This document shows, in pieces, positions 31,826 to 46,060 of a stretch of DNA of 64,000 bases (position 1 is its first letter; each line of letters begins with the position of its first letter). Under the pieces are notes generated by a model, which ran no database searches, was not told where the DNA came from, and was given only the letters and a program-made list of their open reading frames with translations. Origin of the DNA: the human T2T-CHM13v2.0 reference genome, Homo sapiens; NCBI RefSeq assembly GCF_009914755.1, contig NC_060925.1; one strand, given 5' to 3'. Position numbers and translations under genes: made by a program.

Positions 31826-31937
31826 CTTCACATTAAAGAATGAGGCATTAAAAGGCCGACTGCAGGCTCTATGTTCAGCTCTCTACCGCCTCTACTGAGA
31901 ACTAGTGCAGGTCAGCGGCTAAATGATCAGCAGTGCA

Positions 31938-31954
31938 CTGCCACCTGGTGGCAG
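31938..31954 (-). promoter_or_regulatory. Candidate CTCF site (quasi-palindromic)
   Basis: Minus strand CCACCAGGTGGCAG matches the CTCF core CCASYAGRKGGCRS at every position. Confidence 0.55.
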
Positions 31955-32049
31955 GATGAGGGAGTGACATTGCAGAGGAAAGAAAATATAAGTCCTTCAA
32001 CACTTGGAGGGGCCCGCCTGGTCCATTTCTGAAGCTTCAAGGACCTTTT

Positions 32050-32241
32050 AGGGGAAGGAGAGGAAAGAGGAAGGTAGAGAGGAGAAGGAAAAGAAGTAGA
32101 AGGAAAGGAGAAGGAGCGAGGAGGGGGAGAGAGGAGAGAGAAAGAGAGGGTTGAAGAGAGAGGAGAGGAAGAAGAGAGAGAAGGAGGGGAGAGGGAGAAG
32201 GGAATGAGGGAGGAAGGGAGACAGGGAAGGAGGGAGAGAGA
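32050..32241. repeat. Polypurine (GA-rich) low-complexity tract, ~190 bp
   Basis: Almost exclusively G/A on the plus strand. Confidence 0.95.
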
Positions 32242-32384
32242 GTGCACAAGTGTGTAGAGTTTAGGAAACGGTTTTGAATCTGTGCAAAGTGGTTCTGGGA
32301 AGTCCCTCTAAATCCCAGGGAGTTTCCAGGTTCCTCTAGGCAACACTTTAAAGACCCTTGGAGATCGGGATGCTCCCCTTTCAG

Positions 32385-33210
32385 ACATCCCAGGGTTGGT
32401 GATGGCAATCCCATTCTTACAATTGCTCAGAACAGCTTTGTAGTCATGTTTGATTCCTCTGTTTTCTGCCATGAAATTCTGTTAACTCCACTTTCAAAAA
32501 CATCCAGAATCCAACTATTTTCCCTTACTCCTGGCCCTCCTGATGCAAGCCACATTATCTCTTGCTGGGATTTCTGCAACAACCTCCTAACTGATTTCCT
32601 TGGTTTTGCTTTTGGTGTATTTGTAACACAGCCACACGAGTGACCTGTGTAAAACAGTATGATTGTGTCACTCCTCCAAGCAAAACTTTCCAACAGGTCT
32701 CCATTTTCCTCAGATTAAGAGAGGAAGTTTTTAAAAGGGCTTACAAGGTCCTAAATTATCTGGTCTTTGCCCACTCCTCCCATCTCCTCTTCAGTGTCTC
32801 TCCTTCCACTCACTCTCCTCCAGGGACCAGGATTACCTGCTATTGCACCAACATCCAGGAATATTCCTCTCTATGGCTTTTCCAGAGACTTTTCCCTCTG
32901 CTTGAAACACTCTTCTCTCAGGAGTCCCCATCGCCTTCAAGGTCCTAAGAGCAATCACAACTTTTCCACCCCATCAAAATTCCCAGTTCCCCATCCCTGT
33001 GCAATCTGCCCCCACAGCACTGATCACCTTCTAACAGACTTTACTATTTTCTTCTTCACTATGTCTGGTATTACTGTCTTCTCATCCAGGTCAAGTGGAG
33101 TGAGCTCCATGATGGCAGACATTTTTTTGTGTTTTTTGTTCACTTGTGTATCCCAACTATCTATAATATTGCCTGGCAAATGGAAAGCAAATATTTATTG
33201 CTGAATAAAC
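32385..33210 (+). mobile_element. L2 LINE fragment
   Basis: ggcaatcccattcttacaattgctcag...gagctccatgatggcag...aatatttattgctgaataaa. Confidence 0.7.
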
Positions 33211-33929
33211 AAAGTATTTTTTTTTTAAAAAAAGCATTAGGATTCTGACACCTACTGCATTATAAATTTGGGAAAACTGAAAATCTTTGTTAAGTTTTTA
33301 AACATCAGGAACATGCTTCTGTATTTATTTTTACCATATTTAATGTCTCAATAAGATTTCACTATTGGGCCCATATTGATCATTTCCTTTTATTCAAGCT
33401 CCTTTCCCAGTGTTTAATATTTTAGGTCTCTTTCTTCATTATTTTTCTAACAGTTAAAGCTAGCATATAAGGAAGTGATTGAGTTTTGCATATTTGGCTT
33501 GAATCTGATACTTTTCTGAACTTGTATTACTTGATAGTCTTTTGTTGATTTTGTTTCTAGATATAATTATTTATAGCATATATTACTTTATTTCTTCTTT
33601 TTCAATGTTTATACCTCTTATTTCGACTTAGGTGGAGGGCCAAAACAAAACACAGTATGACTAATGGCAGATACTCTTCTTTTGGTTCTGATTTTAGAGA
33701 GAAAGAATGTAATGGACATTGGCTTTTGGCTCCAAGTATACTTTTTCATTTTAAGGAAACCATTGACAATGTTGGAATAATAGGTTATTTGTGCAAAGCA
33801 GTGTTTTAGGAAGCTAAATGTGGACAGCCAGGGATATCAATGTGATTTAAAGAAGACTAGAGTCCAAATCAGTAGTATGTGTAGAGTTTGCATATACATT
33901 GCAAATGTACTGCAATGTATACATTGTAT

Positions 33930-34467
33930 TAGTATACTAATTGTATAGTATTAGCATACTGTATTAGTATATTAATAGAATTAGTATAATAGTATACTAA
34001 CAGAATGGTATACTAATAGAATTAGCATACTATATACTAATAGAATTAGCATACTATATACTAATAGAATTAGCATACTATATACTAATAGAATTAGCAT
34101 ACTATATACTAATAGAATGGTATACTAATAGAATGAGTATACTAATAGAATGGCATACTAATAGAATTAATATACTAATAGAATGGTATACTAATAGAAT
34201 TAGTATACTAATAGAATGGCATAGTAATAGAATTAATATACTAATAGAATGGTATACTAATAATTAGTATACTAATAGAATAGTATACTAATAATTAGTA
34301 TACTAATAGAATAGTATACTAATAATTAGTATACTAATAGAATAGTATACTAATAATTAGTATACTAATAGAATAGTATACTAATAGAATTAGTATTATA
34401 TTATTATACTAATTAGTATTATATTATTATACTAATTCTATTAGTATATACTCAGTATACTCAGTAT
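33930..34467. repeat. AT-rich minisatellite built on atactaatagaat
   Basis: Blocks of 24-bp, 16-bp and 29-bp periodicity sharing one core. Confidence 0.95.
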
Positions 34468-34625
34468 TGCTGGCTTGAGTAAATTATTGAAAAATATGAA
34501 TAGAGGGCATAGTGGCCACAACAAAAATAGTTTGGAATATCTATTACACTGGTTTCTACACCATATATTTATACTCCTAACTTCTAGGTGTACTTCAGAA
34601 TAGGAATTCAATCAACAATCTAGCA

Positions 34626-34962
34626 CAGGAGTCTCCAACCATCAGGCTGTGAATCAGTAGCAGTCTGTGGCCTGTTAGGAACCGGGCTGCACGGCAGCAG
34701 GTGAGTGGCAGGTGAGCCAGCATTACCACCTGAGCTCTGCCTCCTATCAGATCAGCAGCAGCATCAGATTCTCTTAGAAGTGCGAACCCTATTGTGAACT
34801 GTGCATGCAAGGGATCTAGGCTGTGCACTCCTTAAGAGAATCTAACTAACGCCTGATGATCTGAGGTGAAACAGTTTCATCCTGAAACCATCCTCCACCA
34901 TCTGTGGAAAAACCGTCTTCCATGAACCTGGTCCCTGGTGCCAAAAAGGTTGAGGACTGCTG
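34626..34962 (+). mobile_element. MER1B-like hAT-Charlie element, full length
   Basis: 337 bp, cagg...ctg termini, perfect 8-bp TSD atctagca. Confidence 0.88.
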
Positions 34963-35222
34963 ATCTAGCAGAATGCTAGAGTGGGCAAGGGTTGACAAGC
35001 CCTTTAATGTCAGCAAGTTATTTAATTTGGGCTTCTTTATTTCCCATATTTATTGCAGTAAAATTGGAAAGTTATAAAAGTGCTTGCAGAATGTGTATAA
35101 AATGTACTTTTTAAAATAACTTACAGAATAAAATAATACTACAGCATTTAGTGAAAAACTGAAAATGATAGGAAATGGTATAACAATACTATAGTTTACA
35201 ATCATTTTAAAGTAAAAAGCAG

Positions 35223-35441
35223 TCTAGGCGCAGTGGCTTACGCCTGTAATCTCAACACTTTGGGAGGCTGAGGTGGGTGGATAGCTTGAGCCCAGAAGTT
35301 CGAGACCAGCCTGGGCAACCTGAGATTGCTGCACTGCACTCCAGCCTGGGCGACAGAGTGAAACCCTGTCTCACAAAAAAACATAACATAACATAACATA
35401 ACATAACATAACATAACATAACATAACATAACATAACATAA
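35223..35441 (+). mobile_element. Alu with large internal deletion and (ACATA)n tail
   Basis: Left arm fused to the end of the right arm; about 12 ACATA units at 35381-35441. Confidence 0.88.
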
Positions 35442-35584
35442 CGACATGCCTGTATGAACCAACATGGAAAGTTATCAAGGTACAGAATTAAATTTTTTTT
35501 AAAAGTTGCAGACAATATATAGGATGTGATTTATAAACTAGCCATAACCTGCTCCTTCCAAAAAACACCCAACACTGTCTCTAG

Positions 35585-36049
<465 letters not shown>

Positions 36050-36102
36050 TGTTTTTTTGCATATTTCTGTATTGTCCAAAGTTTTAAAATTAAGAAACCA
36101 AC

Positions 36103-36390
36103 AGGCCAGGCATGGTGAGTCACGCCTGTAATCCCAGAGCTTCGGGAAGCTCAGGTAGGAGAATTGCTTGAGACCAGGAGTTCAAGACCAGCCTGGGCAA
36201 CATAGCAAGACCCCATCTCTACAAAAAATAAAAAAGCCAGGTGTGGTGGTGCATTCCTATAGTTCTAGCTACTTGGGAAGCTGAGGCAGGAGAATCACTT
36301 GAGCCCAGGAGTTCGAGGTTGCAGTGAGCTATGATCATACCACTATATTCCTGCCTGGGCAACACAGCAAGATCCTGACTCTTTAAGAGA
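36103..36390 (+). mobile_element. Alu (J-like)
   Basis: Dimeric AluJ-like. Confidence 0.9.
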
Positions 36391-37657
36391 AAACATAAAC
36401 AATAAATAAAATTTGGAATGAACAGAAAAGAGCAAAGCAACAGAAAAATAACCACTCATAGTCCTGCCACAGTTAATTATGGGGCATATTCAATAAAGAT
36501 TTGCTGAAATTTCCACTAAACACAGTGTCTTGTATAGAATCAGCACTCATTTTGTATTTTTTGATTGAATTAGCAAATAAATAATGTTTATTGGGAAAAC
36601 ATAAGCCTACTTACAGAGTAGTGGGAAATCTAATTAAGTGGCCTGAAAGTTGGCTCTGACTTTTAACCCTTCAAATCAGTTTTCAGCAACTTCTATTGTT
36701 GTTTTATATATGAAAAACTCTATATTTTTTTAAATGCAGGTTAAAAAATGTTTTATTCATATGTCACCGAGCTTTTTTCTTCAGTAATGTGAAAAGGGGC
36801 CAACTCATGCTGTAACAGAAGTTACAAGGAGTAATAGTTGGTTGCCAAGGGAGGCAGTTAAGAAACAAGGCTCAGATTCAGAAGCAAATAAAAGAATGAA
36901 CCAAAATCCACACTGCAATGCCCTGAGCCTCATTTCCTTCCACGCCTTGGAGGGGTGGATGTCCCTGCTGAAACATGGCCTATTGCTCTCCAGGAAGAAC
37001 GTTCTGATTTGAGTTTTCATTTACCTTCATAGGGCTCTGGTAATTGGCTCTATTTGGAAAGGTTACTCTCCAATTTTTGCTGGAAGGTATTACTTTACTA
37101 CTCTTTACTTTAGAACTAATCCCAGTGGAAATTACTTTTTCTTTGGTAGGCTTTTCAAGGTATTTTTTTTTCATATAAGTAATTTCACAGTCAAATATCC
37201 TTTTTTTTTTTCTTAGCTCTCCACTCTTTGCCTTTCTAATTTCAGTTGTTAGTCAAGGAAGCCTGTTTCTTATTAAAAAGCTACTTAAACTACTCAGAGA
37301 AAGACAGGCTGAAGAGTAGAGTTAAAAAGTTATTAAACCAGGAGTATTATTTGCCTTTACTCTTGTGTAATTATAAATAAGGTGAATTAGGCACCTAAAA
37401 TATTATACACCATTAAAATATACACTGATTCAGAAGAATCAGAAGAAATTTGAATGAAGAATTTGTGCAAGAAATGCAGGCCACCTCTAACATTCAATTA
37501 ATAAAATTATACTAGTTTAAAATTTAGCTTAAAATCTGCTGTATATTAATATCTAGCATAAATAGGTAAATACCAACATTAATTTTTTTCTTGCATGAGG
37601 GCTATGAAAGGTTATAATTACAAAAAGATAAATAAATAAACATTTAAAAAATATGGG

Positions 37658-38311
<654 letters not shown>

Positions 38312-39199
38312 CTACAAACTAGCAAAAACATTTAGAAATTTATTGGATAATTCCATATCAGAATAAGTTATTAACCAAATGACAGAAATTTCCTGTTACT
38401 TATATAACTATAAGTGATTAACATTTCTAATTTGTATCTTCTGATTTCTGGGAAGCTCTCTGTGTTTTTGGAGGAGCAAGCCTGTGGTGAAAATGTGGAT
38501 TTTGGCTTCTCACCAGAACCAAGTGTGAATCGATGCCCTTTTATTCCTGAAGCGTTCCGAGCGATATGGATGAGATCTTCTGCCAAAGCACAAAGTGCAG
38601 TTACTATTAATGCTTTAAAATGATCCAGATTTTCTGGTTCACTTAAGAAGTCCGAAAAAAATTAAATTATAGAGAGATAGTTCAAGGCCTGTAACCACAG
38701 GAGTGTTTTCTATAGCCAGGAAATTGCAACTTACACAATTATAGTGCATTATTTAAAAAGTGAGGAAAATTGGGGGAGAGAGGGGTGCTATTTACACAAA
38801 TGGTGCAGAATAGGCATCCACACCAAGAGTACCTCAAAACTCTGACTTTCATTAGAAAATGAATTTGACTTTGGTTCTGATAGAATAGCAATATAAACTA
38901 GCTTTATAACCCTCCTTCTATAAACAGTTTTAAATGCTGTCAGAAATATAACAAAAATACAATTTAATCTGAACCAGGAAGAAGGAAACGGAAGTCCCTA
39001 ATTGCCACAAACAAGAAGAAAATGAAAAGGGAACAGGCAGCCTGTGACATGAAGGTTTGAGGAGGATGACATAATTATTCCAGACACCTAAGGGCTGGGA
39101 TTTCAGGGCCTCTAAAGGATGGGGAGGAGAAAAGCCTACAAAAAACAAATTGATAGCTGATATTTCCAAGACAATAACAGCTCCCCTATATCTGAAATT

Positions 39200-40482
39200 T
39201 ATTAATAGAAGGCCCTAAGGCCCAGTTGTTAGTCTTCTTCTATTTTCTATCAATCAATCCCTGGGTAATTTTTTTTTTTTTTTTTTTTGGAGACGGGGTC
39301 TCACTGTGTCACCCAGGCTGAAGTGCAGTGGTGTGATCTCCACTTCCTGCAACCTCCGCCTCCTGGGTTCAAGCAATTCTCCTGCCTCAGCCTCCTTAGT
39401 AGTTGAGATTACAGGCATCAGCCACTGTGCCTGGCCTACTCCCTGGGTAATCTTATCTAGTTTCTTGTTTTACCTACCATCACCTATACACAGAAGACTC
39501 CAAAATCTATATTATAGACCAGACTTCCCTTCTGAACCTCAGACTCATAGATCCCATTGTATTATCTACATCTTCTCTCGTATGTTTACAGATAACCCAC
39601 AATTACCCCTCCTGATGACCCCTCTAACCTTCTCTGTGTAAGTGGCAACTCCATTCTTCCAGTGGCTCAGGCCAAAAACCTGGGTGCCATCTTCCACTCC
39701 TCCTCATTCTCTCACACCCTACATCTTATCTGCCAGTAAATCCTATCAGCTCTGACTTCAAAATATATTGAGAATCTGACTTCCTTCTCCCGCATCCACT
39801 CCCAGTCTAAGCCATGCTGATCTCTCATTTGGAGCACTGCAATAGCCTCTAAACCCCTCTCCCTGCTTTTGCCCTTCTCCCCTTCAGTTTAGTCAGCGAC
39901 TAAAGTGATTCTGTCAGATCATGTCCCTCCTCTACCTAAAGCCTCCCAATGGCTCCCCATTTCACTCACTGGAAAAAGCCATCCAAGCCAACAAATGAAC
40001 AACAAGGTCTTAAAAGACCTAAGCCTAACATCCTTACCTTAACCTCTATGACCTCAGATCCTACTCGCCTGCTTCCTTCGCTTTGGCTACATGGACTCTC
40101 GCTATTTTACAAACATGCCAGGCACGGCCCCACCTCAGGGCCTTCTTTGCAGTTACTGCTTCCTCTCCCAGAATTCTCTTTCCCCAGATGGCTTAACATC
40201 TCACCTCCTTCAGGTCTTCATCTAAACACACCTTTCCTGGTCACTACCTAAAATTACAACCCCCCTTTAACCCTCTGAATCTTCCTATTCCCTTGCCTTG
40301 CTTTATTCCTCTTCTTAACAAGTTTTCACTAACGCATTATAAATTTTACCTAATTATCTGGTTTATTATCCCGCCACTAGAATGTAGCCTCCATAAGGGC
40401 AGAGATTTTTCTGTTTTATTTACTACTGTATTCCTAACACTTAGTAGGTATTCAATAAATATTTGTTAAATAAGTTTGTGAA
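39200..40482 (+). mobile_element. L2 LINE fragment
   Basis: ggcaactccattcttccagtggctcaggccaaaaacct...tagtaggtattcaataaatatttgtt. Confidence 0.75.
39269..39436 (-). mobile_element. Alu monomer / internally deleted Alu
   Basis: About 165 bp; TSD tccctgggtaat. Confidence 0.85.
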
Positions 40483-40964
40483 TGCTAAACTTTGTCATGA
40501 AGGAAAACTAGAATTCTAATCAAAGGAAGGACAAAACCAAGACATATTTTCAGGTAAACAAACAAAAACATGAAAAGTCATCACTTGCAGAACTTCCATG
40601 AAGGAACGAATGAAATACATACCTCTGAAAGAAACACACTGAATCCAAAAAAACAAGTAGGATACAAGAAGCAAGGGTAAGAAAGAAAATGCCATATAAA
40701 TATACATCTAAATAAGCACAACTGTATAAAGCAATAATAATGATAACTAATTTAGGTGGTATAAACACAAATTAGAACCAAAATACTACACAATAATATG
40801 TAAGAGGAGAAGGAGTGCTCACAGTTAAAACATTCTCAACACCTTGTTTAAGATGACAGCAAGAATGAGAAAAAAATAAAATAAAAATAAAAGGTTTGTT
40901 TTTCAGGAGGAGGATGGAGATATTATATTTTTTCCTTTAACTAGTTACTCATGTTAACAATTTA

Positions 40965-41278
<314 letters not shown>

Positions 41279-41717
41279 GAGTAATGTCTAAGAGAATAGT
41301 ATAATTTCCATTTCCAAATGAAAGGAGAAGCGGGGAATAAAGACATCTTCATTAACACAAACAGAAAGCAGCCCAAGGAGGAAAAACAAAAAGATTCCAA
41401 GAAAAAGGTCTAAGTAAAAAGGACAAAATAAAATAGGAGAAAGAAATCTAACGCATCAGTAATCACAACAAATGTATATGTACCAAACATGCTAGTTAGA
41501 AGACAATTCCCAGTTCTGAATTTTTAAAATTCTGCTATATGTCATTTATAAAAGACACATAAAAAATGCAATAACACACACAAAAAAGTGAAAATAAAGA
41601 GGTGGGAAAATACATACCATGCAAACACTAACCAAAAGGAAGCTGGTATTTCTATGTTAATGTTAGATAAAATAGATTTTTTTTTAAAAAAAGCATTATT
41701 AGGGATAAAATGGGTCA

Positions 41718-41856
41718 CTTCATAAATGATTAAAAATAATTCACTACATAGAATCAAATTTGAGCTTCATAATGATTAAAAATAATTCACTATGTAGAAT
41801 CAAATTTGAGCTTCATAATGATTAAAAATAATTCACTACGTAGAATCAAATTTGAA
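41718..41856 (+). repeat. 46-bp tandem repeat, 3 copies
   Basis: cttcataatgattaaaaataattcactaYRtagaatcaaatttga at 41718, 41765 and 41811. Confidence 0.95.
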
Positions 41857-41958
41857 CTAGAATGCAAAAATATGTACAGAAAGCTAACAAATACAAAGAA
41901 AAAAGACCAATTCACAATCACAATTTTTACATACCTGTCTCTGTTTTTTGGGATTTTT

Positions 41959-42129
41959 GTTTTTTTTGTTTGTTTGTTTTTAGAGATGGAGTCTCACTCT
42001 GTCACCCAGGCTTGAGTGCAGTGGCATGATCATAGCTCACTGTAACCTCAAACTCCTGGGTTCAAGCAATCCTCCTGCCTTGGCCTCCCACAGCGTTAGG
42101 ATTATAGGTATGAGCCACAGCACTCAGCC
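41959..42129 (-). mobile_element. Alu monomer (FRAM/FAM-like)
   Basis: Single-arm antisense Alu. Confidence 0.8.
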
Positions 42130-42561
42130 CATGCCTCTCTCTTACTGAATAGATCAAGAAGTCAAAACAATTTATAAAGATATAGAAGATGACTTGAACA
42201 ATGCAGTAAACATTATGGACATACACAGAACTCTGCAACAAACAATGGGGAATATAATTTCTTTTTAAGCACAGAAAATGTACTCAAACTCAAACATACT
42301 AGGCTACAAAGTAAGTCTCAACAAATACCAAGGAACTTCTTTTACAAGAACACATTCTCTGCTCACAATGTCAGATTAGAGTTTTACAAAAAGTCCAGCT
42401 ACATGTTACTTACAGACAACACATCCAACCTTGCCTCAAACAACAAAAAAATGAATATTAAAATTGACAAATGTCTGGCTTCAAACAAGCAAAATTAGGA
42501 CTGGAAGAGGGCACAAACTACAGCTACAGCACAAATTACAATATTAACAAGAGAATATTAT

Positions 42562-42966
42562 TGATAGGGTTTAGATCTGTGTCCCCACCAAATCTCATGT
42601 CGAATTGTAATCCTCAGTGTTGAAGGAGGGGCCTGGTGGGAGATGACTGGATCATGGGGGTAGAGTTCTCATGAATGGTTGGTCATGATCTCCTTGGTAC
42701 AGTATAGTGAGTGAGTTCTCACGGGATCTGTTTGTTTAAAAGTATGTAGCACTTCCCTCCACCCCTTCCTCCTGCTCTGCCCATGTGAAGTGCTGGCTCC
42801 TCCTTTGCCTTCTGCCATGATTGTAAGCTTCCTGAGGCCTCCCCAGAAGCAAAAGCTGCTATGCTTCTTGTATAGCTTGAGAACTGTGAGCCAATTAAAC
42901 CTCTCTTCTTTTTAAATTACCCGGTCTTGGGTATTTCTTTATAGCAATGCAAAAATGACTAATACA
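42562..42966 (+). mobile_element. MSTA-like MaLR solo LTR inserted in an old L1
   Basis: tgataggg...ctaataca termini; perfect 5-bp TSD attat. Confidence 0.88.
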
Positions 42967-44113
42967 ATTATGAAAATATTTATGTCAATACATTAGCAAA
43001 TTTACATAAAATGGACACATTCCTAGAAAAATGTCCTAACAACACTGATTTAAAAAGAAACACAAATCTTGAAGAGTCCTATAACCATTACAAAAAGAAC
43101 ACATCAGGCCCAGGTGGTTTTGTCTTAGACAAGTTCTGCAAAACTTAAAAATAACCAATTCCGTGCTTACACAAATTCCTCCTGAGAATAAAAAGTTGTC
43201 TATACTCCACAGCTCATTTGATGAGAGTACTGTAACCTTGATACCAATACCAAAGAAAAGCATGAGAAAGGAAAAGTACAATCTCACACATGAACATACA
43301 TTTAAAAATCCAAAACAATATGTTTGCAAACCAAATCTAGCAATGTATTAAAATATAACACACCATAAACAAACTGAGTTTATTCCAGGAATTCAAGAAT
43401 AGTTCATACCACGTACTTGGCCATATAAACAAATAAAATGGGAACAACCATATTATCTCACATGCAGAAAAGACATTTGATAAAAATCAACAACCAAGTA
43501 TGATTTAAGGTAAAACTCTTGGCACATTTTTAAAATCAGAAAGAATACAAGGATGTCCACTACATTATTCTCTATTTGTTGCTGTTCTGGAAGTTCTGAC
43601 AAAATAAAATGAGAAAAACAAAAGGTGTAAGGATTAGAAAGAATTAGAACTACCACTATTTGCAGATGATTAGATTATCTTCACAGATAACAAAGATTCA
43701 TAGTAAATTATCAGCTTTAATTAGAATCTAGTAAGTAGATCTTCTAAGATTACTATACAAAAATCAAGTGTATCTCTACATACCACCAACACGGAAAATG
43801 TCACTAAAAGATATATTACTTCCAAGAGTAAAAAAACAATACAAGACACTTAGAAATAAACACACCAAAGATATGCAAGACTCTTATAAAGACAATTAGA
43901 AATGTTACTGAAAAGCATTAAGGAGATCTAAACAATGAAGAGAGAGAGAGATGAAGTTTCTGGATAGGAAGACATCATCATATAGATATAAGTTCTCCCC
44001 AAACTGATATATTCAATTTAATGCAAATAAAGATATCAACAAGATTCTTTTGTGAACTTGTCAAAACTAATTTAAAAACCTATGTAAGAAAGAAAGAAAA
44101 ATTAAAACACCTC

Positions 44114-44229
44114 GGCCGGGTGTGGTGGCTCACACCTGTAATCCCAGCACTGTGGGAGGCCCAGGCGGGCGGATCACGAGGTCAGCAGATTGAGACCATC
44201 CTGGTTAACATGGTGAAATCCCGTCTCTA

Positions 44230-44266
<37 letters not shown>

Positions 44267-44452
44267 AGCCAGGCGTGGTGGCGGGTGCCTGTAGTCCCAG
44301 CTACTTGGGAGGCTGAGGCAGGAGAATGGCATGAACCCAGGAGGCAGAGCTTGCAGTGAGCGGAGATGCACCACTGCACTCCAGCCTGGGCTACAGAGTG
44401 AGACTCTGTCTCAAAAAAAAAAAAACAAAACAAAAACAAAAACAAAAAAAAA
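44114..44452 (+). mobile_element. AluY-like with a 33-nt pure-A central linker
   Basis: ggagaatggcatgaaccc and gagcttgcag diagnostics. Confidence 0.92.
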
Positions 44453-44741
44453 CTTCTGAAGGATAAAGCTAAGGGAGTTTGGTACTGGGTGAGGGATAGA
44501 CAAACAAACCAGTTAACAGAATAGAGAGCTAGGCTGAACAGCTATATATTAGAAGCAGAAAAAAAAAGAATAGAGAGCTAAGATACAGACCTATACATAC
44601 ACAAAAACTTCACGTATCAGTGGTGGCACTGCAGAAATGGACTGCTGAATAAATGGTGCTGGGCTGGGCCCCTATTTTGCCATATGGAAATTAGATCTCT
44701 TTCAAACATTATACAGAAAGAAATCAATTCCAGATGAATTA

Positions 44742-45479
<738 letters not shown>

Positions 45480-45661
45480 TCTAAAACTTCTCTTCATATA
45501 AAACAGTGAAAGGATAAGCAGGAAGAAAATGTATACCGTTTTATATATATATAAATAAATATATATATACATACACATACACACACACAACTCTGTTATA
45601 TGGATATGGAAATATATTGTCAATGTAACCTTCCAAGAAATATATATATGCACATGCACAC

Positions 45662-45962
45662 ACAGTTAGTCCTCCAGATCTATGGGTTCTGCATCTGTGG
45701 ATTCAATCAACCATGGATCGAAAATATTTGGGGAAAAAAATGGATAACTGTATCTGTACTGGACATGTACAGGCCTTTTTCCCCTTGTCATTATTTCCTA
45801 AATAATACAGTATAACAACTATTTACATAGTATTTACACTGTATTAGGTATTATAAATAATCTGAAGGTTATTTAAAGTATATGGGAGGATGAGCAATGT
45901 GCAAATACTACGTCATCTTATAAAAGGGACTTGAGCATCTGCGGATTTTGGCATCCGTGCAA
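45662..45962 (+). mobile_element. Tigger3-family element
   Basis: gggttctgcatctgtggattcaa...aacaatacagtataacaactatttacatag-like body. Confidence 0.7.
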
Positions 45963-46025
45963 GGTCGTGAAAATACATGCACACGCGCACACACACACAG
46001 ATGGTCATTTCTCCTTAGATGACCA

Positions 46026-46060
<35 letters not shown>

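Noticed and set aside
38371-38586. 71-aa minus-strand ORF with a small CpG cluster, as a pseudogene or exon
   Set aside because: No recognisable homology, non-ATG start and no convincing splice pair. Regulatory function cannot be judged without conservation data.
41718-41856. 46-bp repeats (and the 33.9-34.5 kb array) as a CRISPR-like array
   Set aside because: Head-to-tail copies with no unique spacers, no cas genes, and mammalian intronic context.
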